Of a stretch of 64,000 bases of DNA, positions 20,195 to 28,933 are shown one piece after another (position 1 is the stretch's first letter; every line of letters begins with the position of its first letter). The position numbers and the translations under genes are program-made. The stretch comes from a bacterium. Its GTDB lineage: Bacteria > Zhuqueibacterota > Zhuqueibacteria > Residuimicrobiales > Krinioviventaceae. The notes under the pieces are model-generated. The model was not told where the DNA came from and did no database searches. It saw only the letters and a list, made by a program, of their open reading frames with translations. Location: NCBI GenBank assembly GCA_963674595.2, contig CAXXFV010000023.1:512001-576000 (forward strand). Reading direction: 5' to 3'.

Positions 20195-20703
20195 TATAAA
20201 ACCTTAATTTTTGAATTAAAAAATCGAGTTGTCTTTTTAGTCGTACAACAAATTAAAAATTTATTATAAGGCATTACTCGACAACTTTTTCAATATTTAT
20301 TAATCTTTAATCCTATAACAAACATAGGCTTGTCCATTGTTGCTAATAGGTTGTGTTGATGCTACATTCTATTAATCCACATTGGCTGATAATCTCCTTT
20401 ATATAGAACAGAGTAACGGGTATCTTTATTATTGGGTTCTATTAGTACACCTTTTCAATAGAGCTTTATATAATCTTTGATCCACGTTTTTTATTATCTG
20501 TTGTATGTTTAATTTATTTTATGAATTCTAAATTATTTTACTCTGTTCATTGGATTATGTTCTCCCTAAAATTTATGACTATATTTAATGAAATATATTA
20601 TTTTTTATTTAGCGGGTAATTTAAATGATCCAGACCTGCAATTGTAGTAAAGCTCAAACAGCCAATGCTGATTTACAGGCAACTTGATCTACTGCTTGAA
20701 ATA

Positions 20704-21324
20704 TTATTTTAAAGAATTCATCAATTCATAAAAATAGTTACTTTCTCTTGTTTTGTATAATTTATACCAACTTTCCAAAGTATCTGCCTTGAACAACTTT
20801 GTCGCTTTCAATACGTTAAAACTAAATTTTAAAGGAGCCAGTCCGGTTGCTGTGATTAAATTTTCATCAGCCACAACCGGTTCATTTATATAATTTTCAA
20901 AACCATTGTAATTTTCACAGAAAATTTTTAAAAATTCTATATCATTACTCGTATGTTTTCGGTCATCCAATATGCCGGCTTGAGCCAGCGCCGCCGTAGC
21001 ACCACATATTGCACAAACAGTAACACCCTTTTTAAGCAATTCTTTGATAATGTTCATGATACCAAAGTTTTGCGGTTCCATCCAGGAATCGGAACCGGGT
21101 AAAATCAAAATATCGTCTTTATTAAAACTAGTATTATGTATCGATCCCTCTGGTTTGATTTCTAATCCGCCTAATGTTTTTATACTTTCTAATGAGCTGG
21201 AAATTTTAATAATGTTAACTTTTTTGCTTTTATCGGAAATATATCTTCCGGTATTTAATTCCGGTAAAATATAACTTATTTCCCAGTCAGCTAATGTGTC
21301 CAAAACATATAAAAATACTCTCAT
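20704..21324 (-). CDS. DJ-1/PfpI family (class I glutamine amidotransferase-like) protein
   Basis: ADWE, LILPG, AICGAT nucleophile elbow, HTSN, LITATG. Confidence 0.9.
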   Translation of the reverse strand: MRVFLYVLDTLADWEISYILPELNTGRYISDKSKKVNIIKISSSLESIKTLGGLEIKPEGSIHNTSFNKDDILILPGSDSWMEPQNFGIMNIIKELLKKGVTVCAICGATAALAQAGILDDRKHTSNDIEFLKIFCENYNGFENYINEPVVADENLITATGLAPLKFSFNVLKATKLFKADTLESWYKLYKTRESNYFYELMNSLK

Positions 21325-21597
21325 ATTTTCCTCTTTTTGTTGATAAATGTCTTTCCGTTTCGTTAACCGGACAAAGCCGGTATCCCCTATTGGACCGACT
21401 TTTGCTGTTCCAGGTTATTATTTAAATGGGGCATTCGTTTGTTAAATTTATTAATTTTAAGGTCATATTTTTTTAACAAGAACAGTCTGTTACCGTCGCT
21501 GGTTTAACACCCTTCTCATAACGAATCAGGATCATGGTGTGAGTAAAGAGATCCCTGTCTGCTGCTCAATAGTCAACAATTTGTGTTTTAATGTTTT

Positions 21598-22026
21598 TTA
21601 TGTTGCCGTTGTCGATTCAACGATGGGTAACAGTCGAGAGTCTTCCAGTGCGGCGGTCCGGTGCCCCAAGCCTGCCATGTATGCTTTATTCGATGAAAAT
21701 GCCATAAAGTCCGATAAAGAATTTTGGCGAATAAGCATTACAAAATCCCATCTTTCATCCTGGGGACCAATAAGGTTTTGGCCGCCTTTTCCTAAAAATA
21801 CAATATCTCCACCGCTTTCCTTTAAAAATGGTAATGTGTGGTCAATATATTTTTGAAATGCTTCTGCTCCGGAAATCGGTTTAGACGGTTTAAGCTCCGG
21901 ATTTTCTGAATAATCAGCAACTTTACGAAAACGTAATAAATTCAACATAATTATTTCACCTGTTATATTCCGTTTAAATAAAGCTGCTCCTGCTTCTTGT
22001 GATACTGTTAAAAAACGTTCTTGCAT
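21598..22026 (-). CDS. DUF1330-like dimeric alpha/beta barrel protein
   Basis: MLNLLRFR, SGAEAFQKY, WDFVMLIRQ, HRTAALEDSRL. Confidence 0.8.
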   Translation of the reverse strand: MQERFLTVSQEAGAALFKRNITGEIIMLNLLRFRKVADYSENPELKPSKPISGAEAFQKYIDHTLPFLKESGGDIVFLGKGGQNLIGPQDERWDFVMLIRQNSLSDFMAFSSNKAYMAGLGHRTAALEDSRLLPIVESTTAT

Positions 22027-22273
22027 TAAATTTCCTTTTACTACTTATAATATGCCATTAAATGTCGGGCTGCAACAGCATTTAAAGTGCCTGATGCTGT
22101 TTATGGACCAAGTTTGTCTATATTCTACAAAAATTGATTTTTAGGATGGGGTGCATATTATCGTTATACGATTTTTCGTGACATCAAATAAAATTTTAAT
22201 ATGATTAACCATGACCGTTGTTGTATGCAGCACACTAATCCAACGGTCACAGTAGGTATCATATAAACCGATT

Positions 22274-23185
22274 TTATTTATGCAGACCTTTTTCTCTTAA
22301 ATATTTTATCAAAATTTGAGGCCTGTCTGTTTGTATCATGTCCACATTATTTTCGATATACCAATCATATACCGTGGGATCAAGAGCGCCTTTTTCATCA
22401 TTGTGACCGCCATTGAGGTTAGCCCATAATGCATTAACCCAAACTCCTGAACCGCTTTCTCTAATATCGTCAAATTGGTCTATTATCTTGACAGAGTCAT
22501 TTTTAAAAACAAATTCAAAGGCAACAGGTTGAAGGTTTTCAAGATAATCATCTACCATTTTTTGCACATTCGGATTCGGCAAGACAACAACCGGCATGAA
22601 ATGTACCTGGTTCAAATATTTTCCGAATTCACGTTCAACCTGCTCTAGTGGTTTTGCTGCTTTGATAACAACCTGGTCAAGTGTTCCTGTTTTTTTTATT
22701 ATATCATAACATTTATCAAACATATCATAACTCTTGTCAAGATTAACAAGGATTTTGTCTTTGGCAACCAACAAGGCTTCTTCAAGTGTGGGAATGCCGT
22801 GAATCGTTTCCATGTCTAATCCGTCAACCAGCTTTAAGGTCCTTAAACTATCCAGAGTCCAATCTTTAACATAGCCGCTGGCCCTTGTCGTTCGGTCAAT
22901 TGTATCATCGTGCATGAGTACAAGTTGTCCGTCTTTTGTTTCGTGTAAATCTATTTCCACCATATCCACGCCCATCGCAATACAATTTTTAATTGCCTGA
23001 AGAGAGTTTTCCGGTGCATTGCGCCAGTCTCCGCGATGAGAAATGACAATGATGTCGTCATTTGTCGAATCTTTTAAATTTTGAATTAAATCATTGATTG
23101 AAATTTGTGTTTTATTCTGGGCTTTATTTTCGCAGGAAATTATAACGGCTGCTATAACCAGGAATAATGTAATTACACGTTTCAT
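22274..23185 (-). CDS. Glycerophosphodiester phosphodiesterase, lipoprotein
   Basis: SHRG, PENS, VEIDL, LMHD, IQTDRP; lipobox IISC from Met 23185 with GGAG RBS. Confidence 0.92.
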   Translation of the reverse strand: MKRVITLFLVIAAVIISCENKAQNKTQISINDLIQNLKDSTNDDIIVISHRGDWRNAPENSLQAIKNCIAMGVDMVEIDLHETKDGQLVLMHDDTIDRTTRASGYVKDWTLDSLRTLKLVDGLDMETIHGIPTLEEALLVAKDKILVNLDKSYDMFDKCYDIIKKTGTLDQVVIKAAKPLEQVEREFGKYLNQVHFMPVVVLPNPNVQKMVDDYLENLQPVAFEFVFKNDSVKIIDQFDDIRESGSGVWVNALWANLNGGHNDEKGALDPTVYDWYIENNVDMIQTDRPQILIKYLREKGLHK

Positions 23186-23279
23186 CAATAGTCTCCCAAT
23201 TTTAGTCGAGTTCATTACCACCACACGAATTGTTATTTTGTTCCGGTTTATTTACAAGTGTAATTCTTTAGTACAATGA

Positions 23280-23321
23280 GTAAATAATAAGAATTATGTA
23301 TACTTGTCGCAAGAGATTTTT
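23280..23321 (-). promoter_or_regulatory. Sigma70-type promoter, family copy P2
   Basis: AAAAATCTC-TTGCGA-17 bp-TATTAT-TTAC. Confidence 0.7.
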
Positions 23322-23498
23322 CAATTATTTGTATTGATTCTGAAATTCTTAATTTAAGTGATATAAATAATTTCGAGTTTCAACCCCAAGCAAGACTGTA
23401 GTTTTTTATTAAGGATTTCTGTTGATATTAACAACATGCTTGTCGTTTGAAACAAAAGTGCGGTTGTTTTTATTTACCTGGTCACATAACAATATAGA

Positions 23499-23522
23499 GA
23501 GCGGGAGAGATGTCCCCCGCTC
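23499..23522 (-). terminator. Hairpin terminator after the VOC-methyltransferase gene
   Basis: GAGCGGG / CCCGCTC stem. Confidence 0.55.
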
Positions 23523-23541
23523 AATTAGAAATTATTTACCA

Positions 23542-24738
23542 CTATCTTTCTACGGAAGCTTTAACCAGACAAAATGACATCAAAATACCTTCTGCTATTG
23601 TTCCATCCTCAAGTGTCAAATATCTTTTTGTCATTTCAGCGGCATCAACCTGTTCCTTGATCATTATACCATAGTTTGTGAGTATTTCTTGCATGTGTTC
23701 TTTTTTTGCCCAAAATTTAAAAGGTTCTGACGGATTGATCGATGCAAGTTTGTCTGTCATATAATCAAAACAGAGAATACTTTGTGCCGGTGAATAATTT
23801 TGAATAAAGTCCAATGTTTTTTTTATTTTTTCTTTTGTGAGATAATATGTTACACCTTCCCAAATAAATAATGTTTTTTTGGTTTTGTCATAGCCGGCTT
23901 TTGATAAAACATCCGCAATTTCATCCGTGTTAAAGTTGATTGGAACAAACGACAGCGAGTTTGGAATGTCTATTTTGTTCTTTTTTAAAATTTCTGTTTT
24001 TCTTTGTTGTGTCGTATTGATATCCAATTCAAAAATGACAGTGCTTTTTAATTGTTTTATAAACCGATAGGAGCGTGTGTCGTAACCTGCACCCAGGAAT
24101 ACAATCTGTGGAATATCATCATTAATGGCATTTTCAAATATGTTGTCTATGAATGCCGTTCGCGCAATAAAATATCCATACAACGGGGATGTTACAACAT
24201 TGTGTATGGCCCATTTTCTGGAATCATCATTTTGAAGGATTTTTTTTGCTTCATCCTTTAAAAATAATTCAGCCAGATAATCAGGGCCTTGCACTTTTTT
24301 CCTGCTTTCTTTTGATGCAAGGGCCCTGCAAAAGGCAACTGACAATGCTGTTTCAGAAGGTTGTTTTTCAACTGTTCTTTCTTCTTTGTCTAATACACTA
24401 CCTGTTAGTCCGATAACGTTACCAAACGGATCGATTAATTGAGCAATTCTGATATTCAATACTTGTTTTATCGGTGTTTTAATTTGGGCCCCCTGCTTTA
24501 TGAATTTTTCAAATGCGGAATCTATATCATCCACTTCCCAATAAACATCCATTCTATTGACTACGTCTTTCATTGGAGTTTGTGGCTGAGTGAGAGATAA
24601 AGAACAGTCACCGATATTGTATATTTTAGCAAAGGGTGTATCGAAAATCGGATGAATATCTAATACGCTATTATACCAGAGTTTTGCTTTTTCGATGTCA
24701 TCAACATAATAAGTGATTCTTTTTAATGATTTAAACAT
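23542..24738 (-). CDS. VOC (glyoxalase-like) domain fused to an LCM/TIGR00027-type SAM methyltransferase
   Basis: N-terminal VDDIEKAKLWY...YWEVDDID...DPFGNVIGL; C-terminal RTAFID, QIVFLGAGYDTR, IWEGVTYYL. Confidence 0.85.
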   Translation of the reverse strand: MFKSLKRITYYVDDIEKAKLWYNSVLDIHPIFDTPFAKIYNIGDCSLSLTQPQTPMKDVVNRMDVYWEVDDIDSAFEKFIKQGAQIKTPIKQVLNIRIAQLIDPFGNVIGLTGSVLDKEERTVEKQPSETALSVAFCRALASKESRKKVQGPDYLAELFLKDEAKKILQNDDSRKWAIHNVVTSPLYGYFIARTAFIDNIFENAINDDIPQIVFLGAGYDTRSYRFIKQLKSTVIFELDINTTQQRKTEILKKNKIDIPNSLSFVPINFNTDEIADVLSKAGYDKTKKTLFIWEGVTYYLTKEKIKKTLDFIQNYSPAQSILCFDYMTDKLASINPSEPFKFWAKKEHMQEILTNYGIMIKEQVDAAEMTKRYLTLEDGTIAEGILMSFCLVKASVER

Positions 24739-24756
24739 TCATCGTTTCCTTTTAGT

Positions 24757-25896
24757 TTATTTTCCGGTCATTTTTTTGATGAAATCAATTTCTGTCTGTG
24801 AATAGGGTGTGCCGTCAATGCGATAAATGTCATGGAACCAGATTTCCGGTTCAGGAAAAAGCTCACCCGGCTGGACAGTATGTTCTTTATGTTTGCGAAG
24901 TTCGTAAACGTCCTTGCCTTTTTTGGAACTCCAGGGCCAGATCGTACCGGTTTTACCGGAAACAAATCCCCAGTTATAAGCAGCAATGTGATATTTTTTT
25001 AGAATGGGTAAAGCCCTTTGAAAGGTGCTATGGGGCCTTGCCATGTACTCGGTGCACAGGGCCGGCCGACCGATTTTTACATATTCTTGGATGGTGCCCT
25101 CAAGCAGCGAGTCGTTATAGCAGTGGAATGAAATGACATCGGAATTTGCACGGGCAATGTCGATAAAAACCTCGCCTTTTGATCCTTCCGCTGAAGAACA
25201 AACCGGTTGTGAGGGATTAATTTCACGCGCCCATCTCCACGCATCCATTAAAAGTGGTATGGATTTGTCCTCGGCGGAGCGGCCGGGTTCATTGTACAGT
25301 TCCCAAACCAATACCCGTTTATCATCCTTAAAATGGTCCATAGTCTTTTGGACATAATCTTTTAAACGTTTTTTCTCCTGGTCTGTGGCCTGGCCGTCAT
25401 GATAGCGAATGACAAGGTCTCGTGCAGGCGATTTCGCCCAACCGGAATTGTGAAATCCCTTTACACAGGGGGGCTGCTTGCCGATTACCGGGTCGGGACG
25501 GTGACAGTCATCGAAAAAAACAAACAAAACTTTTATCCCATGCTTTTTACAAATATTGAGAAAAGTGTCCATGCGGCCGTACAGTCCCTCAGGGTCCTGT
25601 TCCCAAACCAAATCATGCAGGTACACCCGCAGGGTATTAAAGCCGAGGTCTTTTGCCCAGCCCAATTCTTTGTCAATCGTTTCGGGATCAAACGTGTCTT
25701 TCTGCCACATCTCAAGCTGGTTAATGGCCGTTGCAGGAATATAATTACATCCGACCAGCCACGGTTGTTCGTCGTACCAGGCCTGTGCTTTTTCCACCGA
25801 CCATCGTCCCGGAATTTCCTCTACTTGTGCAAATAAAAAAGTGCTTAAAACGAGGCTGATAATTGTAGTTAATATTATAAGCTTTTTGTCTTTCAT
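24757..25896 (-). CDS. GH5/clan GH-A glycoside hydrolase, secreted
   Basis: GFNTLRVYLH, WELYNEP acid/base, ISFHCY, CTEYMAR nucleophile; signal peptide. Confidence 0.85.
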   Translation of the reverse strand: MKDKKLIILTTIISLVLSTFLFAQVEEIPGRWSVEKAQAWYDEQPWLVGCNYIPATAINQLEMWQKDTFDPETIDKELGWAKDLGFNTLRVYLHDLVWEQDPEGLYGRMDTFLNICKKHGIKVLFVFFDDCHRPDPVIGKQPPCVKGFHNSGWAKSPARDLVIRYHDGQATDQEKKRLKDYVQKTMDHFKDDKRVLVWELYNEPGRSAEDKSIPLLMDAWRWAREINPSQPVCSSAEGSKGEVFIDIARANSDVISFHCYNDSLLEGTIQEYVKIGRPALCTEYMARPHSTFQRALPILKKYHIAAYNWGFVSGKTGTIWPWSSKKGKDVYELRKHKEHTVQPGELFPEPEIWFHDIYRIDGTPYSQTEIDFIKKMTGK

Positions 25897-26004
25897 GTTT
25901 ATCTCCTTTTGGTTATCGATGCTCTGTATCTGGTGTTGTGTGATTTTATAGTTACAATCAATACTTTGTTAACTGTTTTTTTTGTCAACAAGCCATTTTA
26001 TTTT

Positions 26005-26029
26005 ATGCGAATTAGTTTAATATTCGCAT
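26005..26029 (-). terminator. Hairpin downstream of the methyltransferase gene
   Basis: ATGCGAA / TTCGCAT stem. Confidence 0.4.
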
Positions 26030-26096
26030 TGACAGTATTTTTTTAACAAAATTACAAATCTGTTTTGATGCTCTTGTATAGCAACTATTATTATAT

Positions 26097-26711
26097 TTAC
26101 ACATAGAACTCTGTCTGCCCAATAGATCGTGATAGTTTACCAAAATAGAGACAAAAAAGCTCGTGATTATCTCCAAGATAGAGTTTCTCACATTCGTGTT
26201 CTGGAAGATTTTGAAATTCCTGTTGCGACACAAATGGCGGCAGCACAATAGCGACGTTTTTTGTTATTTTGAATATAGTATTCAGCAGAACATCTGCTGG
26301 TGGCTGGGTATTTGAGCGGATAAAACGATAAACATGGTCTGGACTGGTAACGGCCCAATCAGGATCAAGAAAAGCAGCATCAATTTTTGAAAGTTTGTTC
26401 AAGTTATCAGAATCCAAAATATTGCCATATATAAAAGACACATTCGATGAAAGCCCTGCCTTTTGAATATTGCTGATTGCCTTTTCCTGGTTGGATTTAT
26501 TGATTTCAACTGTAAATACGTGTTTGGCTTTTTTGGCCAAAGATATTGTCGTAAAACCTGCGCCGGTGCAAGTTTCAAGTACTGTAAGGTCTTTAAAACG
26601 CTCTGCGAAATGGGTGGTAAAACGTATATCTATACCCATGATAAAAGTATTTTCATCGGCTGTATAGTCATCACCAAATTTTTCCCGGATGTCATTTGGA
26701 TTGATATTCAT
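26097..26711 (-). CDS. Class I SAM methyltransferase, trimethylguanosine synthase (Tgs1)-like
   Basis: LETCTGAG motif I, VEIN, AFLDPDW (SPPW-like motif IV), C-terminal LFCLYFGKL. Confidence 0.65.
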   Translation of the reverse strand: MNINPNDIREKFGDDYTADENTFIMGIDIRFTTHFAERFKDLTVLETCTGAGFTTISLAKKAKHVFTVEINKSNQEKAISNIQKAGLSSNVSFIYGNILDSDNLNKLSKIDAAFLDPDWAVTSPDHVYRFIRSNTQPPADVLLNTIFKITKNVAIVLPPFVSQQEFQNLPEHECEKLYLGDNHELFCLYFGKLSRSIGQTEFYV

Positions 26712-26886
26712 CTTTGTTCGTTGATTTAAATTAGTTCTTAAATTTTGTGTTTTTTAATTAAACTATTTTGCAAAAACAATGATTCTTGAGATAATAGTCT
26801 TTCCAACCCAGATTATTATTAAACACTTTATACAAGGAAAAGATTTTAATCTAGATAAAAAACAATCTGTTATAACTGATCTGGCT

Positions 26887-26924
26887 ATAATACAAATTCT
26901 GTAAAATTGTCGCAAGGAGTTTTT
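26887..26924 (-). promoter_or_regulatory. Sigma70-type promoter, family copy P3
   Basis: AAAAACTCC-TTGCGA-17 bp (ends TG)-TATTAT. Confidence 0.65.
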
Positions 26925-26946
26925 ATTGCAAACTATGATAATCTTA

Positions 26947-27060
26947 TATCATCCCTTCGGGATTTGATTATGTTTGTGGATTTATCTATAATAATGTCAT
27001 CCCTTCGGGATTTGATTGTATTTGTGGTTTTATCTATAATAATATCATCCCTTCGAGATT
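26947..27060. repeat. 48-bp tandem repeat (about 2.3 units) with REP-like hairpin core ATCCCTTCGGGAT
   Basis: TCATCCCTTCG(G/A)GATT at 26949, 26997 and 27045; the two linkers are nearly identical. Confidence 0.85.
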
Positions 27061-27140
27061 ATTAATTCTATAAATTTAAATCCACCGTTCTTGTTTTCCT
27101 AAAATCTACAATTCCTGCCTTTATCGATTTTTCAAATAAA

Positions 27141-27192
27141 CTTTATTCGTTCTTAATCAGGGCTTAATTGCTTTCTAATGTTATGCTATTAT
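27141..27192 (+). promoter_or_regulatory. Four 11-bp-period direct repeats (Pho-box/OmpR-family-like) plus extended -10
   Basis: CTTTAT 27141, CTTAAT 27152, CTTAAT 27163, TCTAAT 27174, then TGcTATTAT 27184-27192; no consensus -35. Confidence 0.6.
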
Positions 27193-27221
27193 CTTAAGCC
27201 GTACAAAAAAAGAGGTTTGAT

Positions 27222-27749
27222 ATGGTCAAAGTTTTTTTGAGTCAGATAAACAGTTGGGACAACAATCTCTGTTTAAAAATATTCAGGTTAAACGGAAAAA
27301 AGGTTGCCGATATACTGATGGTTGTCATGTCAAAAACAGGTGACGGATATTTATATGCGCTCATCGGCCTTTTGGTTTTTGTTTTTGATTTTACTACGGC
27401 TCTTAAATTCGTTCCTGCCGGGCTTGTTGCATTTGCTTTAGAGTTATCTGTTCATACGTTGCTTAAGCAGAAAACAAAACGAAACAGGCCTTTTGAACGG
27501 GTTTCAGGTATTAAATTTTTAATAAAACCTCCGGATAAATTCAGTTTCCCATCCGGACATACTGCTGCAGCCTTTTTAATGGCTACGCTTACCAGTTCTT
27601 TTTATCCATTCATTACGTTGCCGTGTTTTTTATTTGCCGCTCTGGTTGGATTTTCGCGTGTCTATAATGGTCTGCATTATCCAAGCGATGTGATTGCCGG
27701 CACCGTGCTGGGAATTACATGTGCCAATATTGGTTTGGCGTTTTTTTAA
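27222..27749 (+). CDS. PAP2 family phosphatase
   Basis: KQKTKRNRP, SFPSGH, SRVYNGLHYPSD. Confidence 0.92.
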   Translation: MVKVFLSQINSWDNNLCLKIFRLNGKKVADILMVVMSKTGDGYLYALIGLLVFVFDFTTALKFVPAGLVAFALELSVHTLLKQKTKRNRPFERVSGIKFLIKPPDKFSFPSGHTAAAFLMATLTSSFYPFITLPCFLFAALVGFSRVYNGLHYPSDVIAGTVLGITCANIGLAFF

Positions 27750-27760
27750 GGAGTTATAAA

Positions 27761-28918
27761 ATGAAAGTCGCCTATTTTACGGAAAGCTTGCCCCCAAACA
27801 CCGATGGTGTTGTTAAAACTTTGTGTCATTTGATCAATACGTTGGAAGATAATAAAGTCGATTTCAGGTTTTATTCGCCTGTAAAACCGGACAATTCTTT
27901 TACCTGGAACGAACATGTTTATAAGGTCCCTGCCGTTCCGTTTTTTTTATATAAAGATTATAAAATGGGCTTACCCTATTTTAACGGTATTTTTTCAAAA
28001 CTGGACGAATATCGGCCGGATATGATTCATATTGTTAGTCCGACGCTTTTGGGATTGTATGGTCTTAATTATGCTCACAGTAGAAACATTCCGGTTGTTA
28101 CCAGTTATCATACCCATTTTGTTTCCTATTTTTCCTATTTTGGATTATCCGGTTTAGAAAAAGTGGGATGGAATTTTTTGCAGTGGTTTCATAACCGCTG
28201 TTTAAAAACATACGTACCATCACCCAGTGCTTGTCAAGAGCTAGAGACACGCGGTATTCAAAATGTGGAATTATGGCAGCGCGGCATTGAACTGGACCGG
28301 TTTTCACCCTCGTTAAGAAATAATGAATTAAAGAGTGCCATTGGTGTTGATGAGGACTGTCCGGTTTTACTTTTTGTCGGTCGGTTAATAAATCACAAAG
28401 ACCTTAATGACCTGGTGGATGCCCATCATCTGTTAAATGCCCAGGGATTCAAGTATAAAATAGTTATTGTTGGTGACGGTCCCATGCGGAATGAACTGGA
28501 ACAAAAACTGCCTCAGGCCCATTTTACCGGCTACCAATATGGACAGGACCTGGCCCGATGGTATGCTTCATCGGATGTATTTGTTTTTCCGTCAACAACA
28601 GAAACCTTTGGCAATGTTATTTTAGAAGCTTTTGCTTCCGGTATTCCGGCTGTTGGTGTGGCAAAAGGCGGAGTTGCTGATATTATAAATCACGGAAGAG
28701 ATGGTTTAATTGCAAAACCCAATGACCCGGTCGATTTTGCCAAACAAATATCCTATTTCCTGAGTCATCCGGATGAGCGGTATCAATACGGCCGGATTGC
28801 TCGAGAAACAGCGAAAACTTATAGTTGGAAAGCTATCAATACCAGATTGCTGCAGAGTTATGAAAATGTCATCCGTGCCTCTGAATCTGTCGAGTTTAAT
28901 CCTGAAATATACAATTAA
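27761..28918 (+). CDS. GT4 glycosyltransferase (diacylglycerol glycosyltransferase-like)
   Basis: FTESLPPNTDGV, SYHTHF, LFVGRL, ETFGNVILEAFASG; AGGAG RBS before 27761. Confidence 0.9.
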   Translation: MKVAYFTESLPPNTDGVVKTLCHLINTLEDNKVDFRFYSPVKPDNSFTWNEHVYKVPAVPFFLYKDYKMGLPYFNGIFSKLDEYRPDMIHIVSPTLLGLYGLNYAHSRNIPVVTSYHTHFVSYFSYFGLSGLEKVGWNFLQWFHNRCLKTYVPSPSACQELETRGIQNVELWQRGIELDRFSPSLRNNELKSAIGVDEDCPVLLFVGRLINHKDLNDLVDAHHLLNAQGFKYKIVIVGDGPMRNELEQKLPQAHFTGYQYGQDLARWYASSDVFVFPSTTETFGNVILEAFASGIPAVGVAKGGVADIINHGRDGLIAKPNDPVDFAKQISYFLSHPDERYQYGRIARETAKTYSWKAINTRLLQSYENVIRASESVEFNPEIYN

Positions 28919-28933
28919 AATAGAGATAAGAGT

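Noticed and set aside
20362-20500. Minus-strand frame with an in-frame TGA at 20455-20457 (possible selenoprotein or pseudogene)
   Set aside because: Short, no convincing start, no SECIS-like hairpin and no recognisable family.
26947-27060. Mini CRISPR array
   Set aside because: The intervening sequences are near-identical rather than unique spacers, there are only three short cores, and no cas genes are present.
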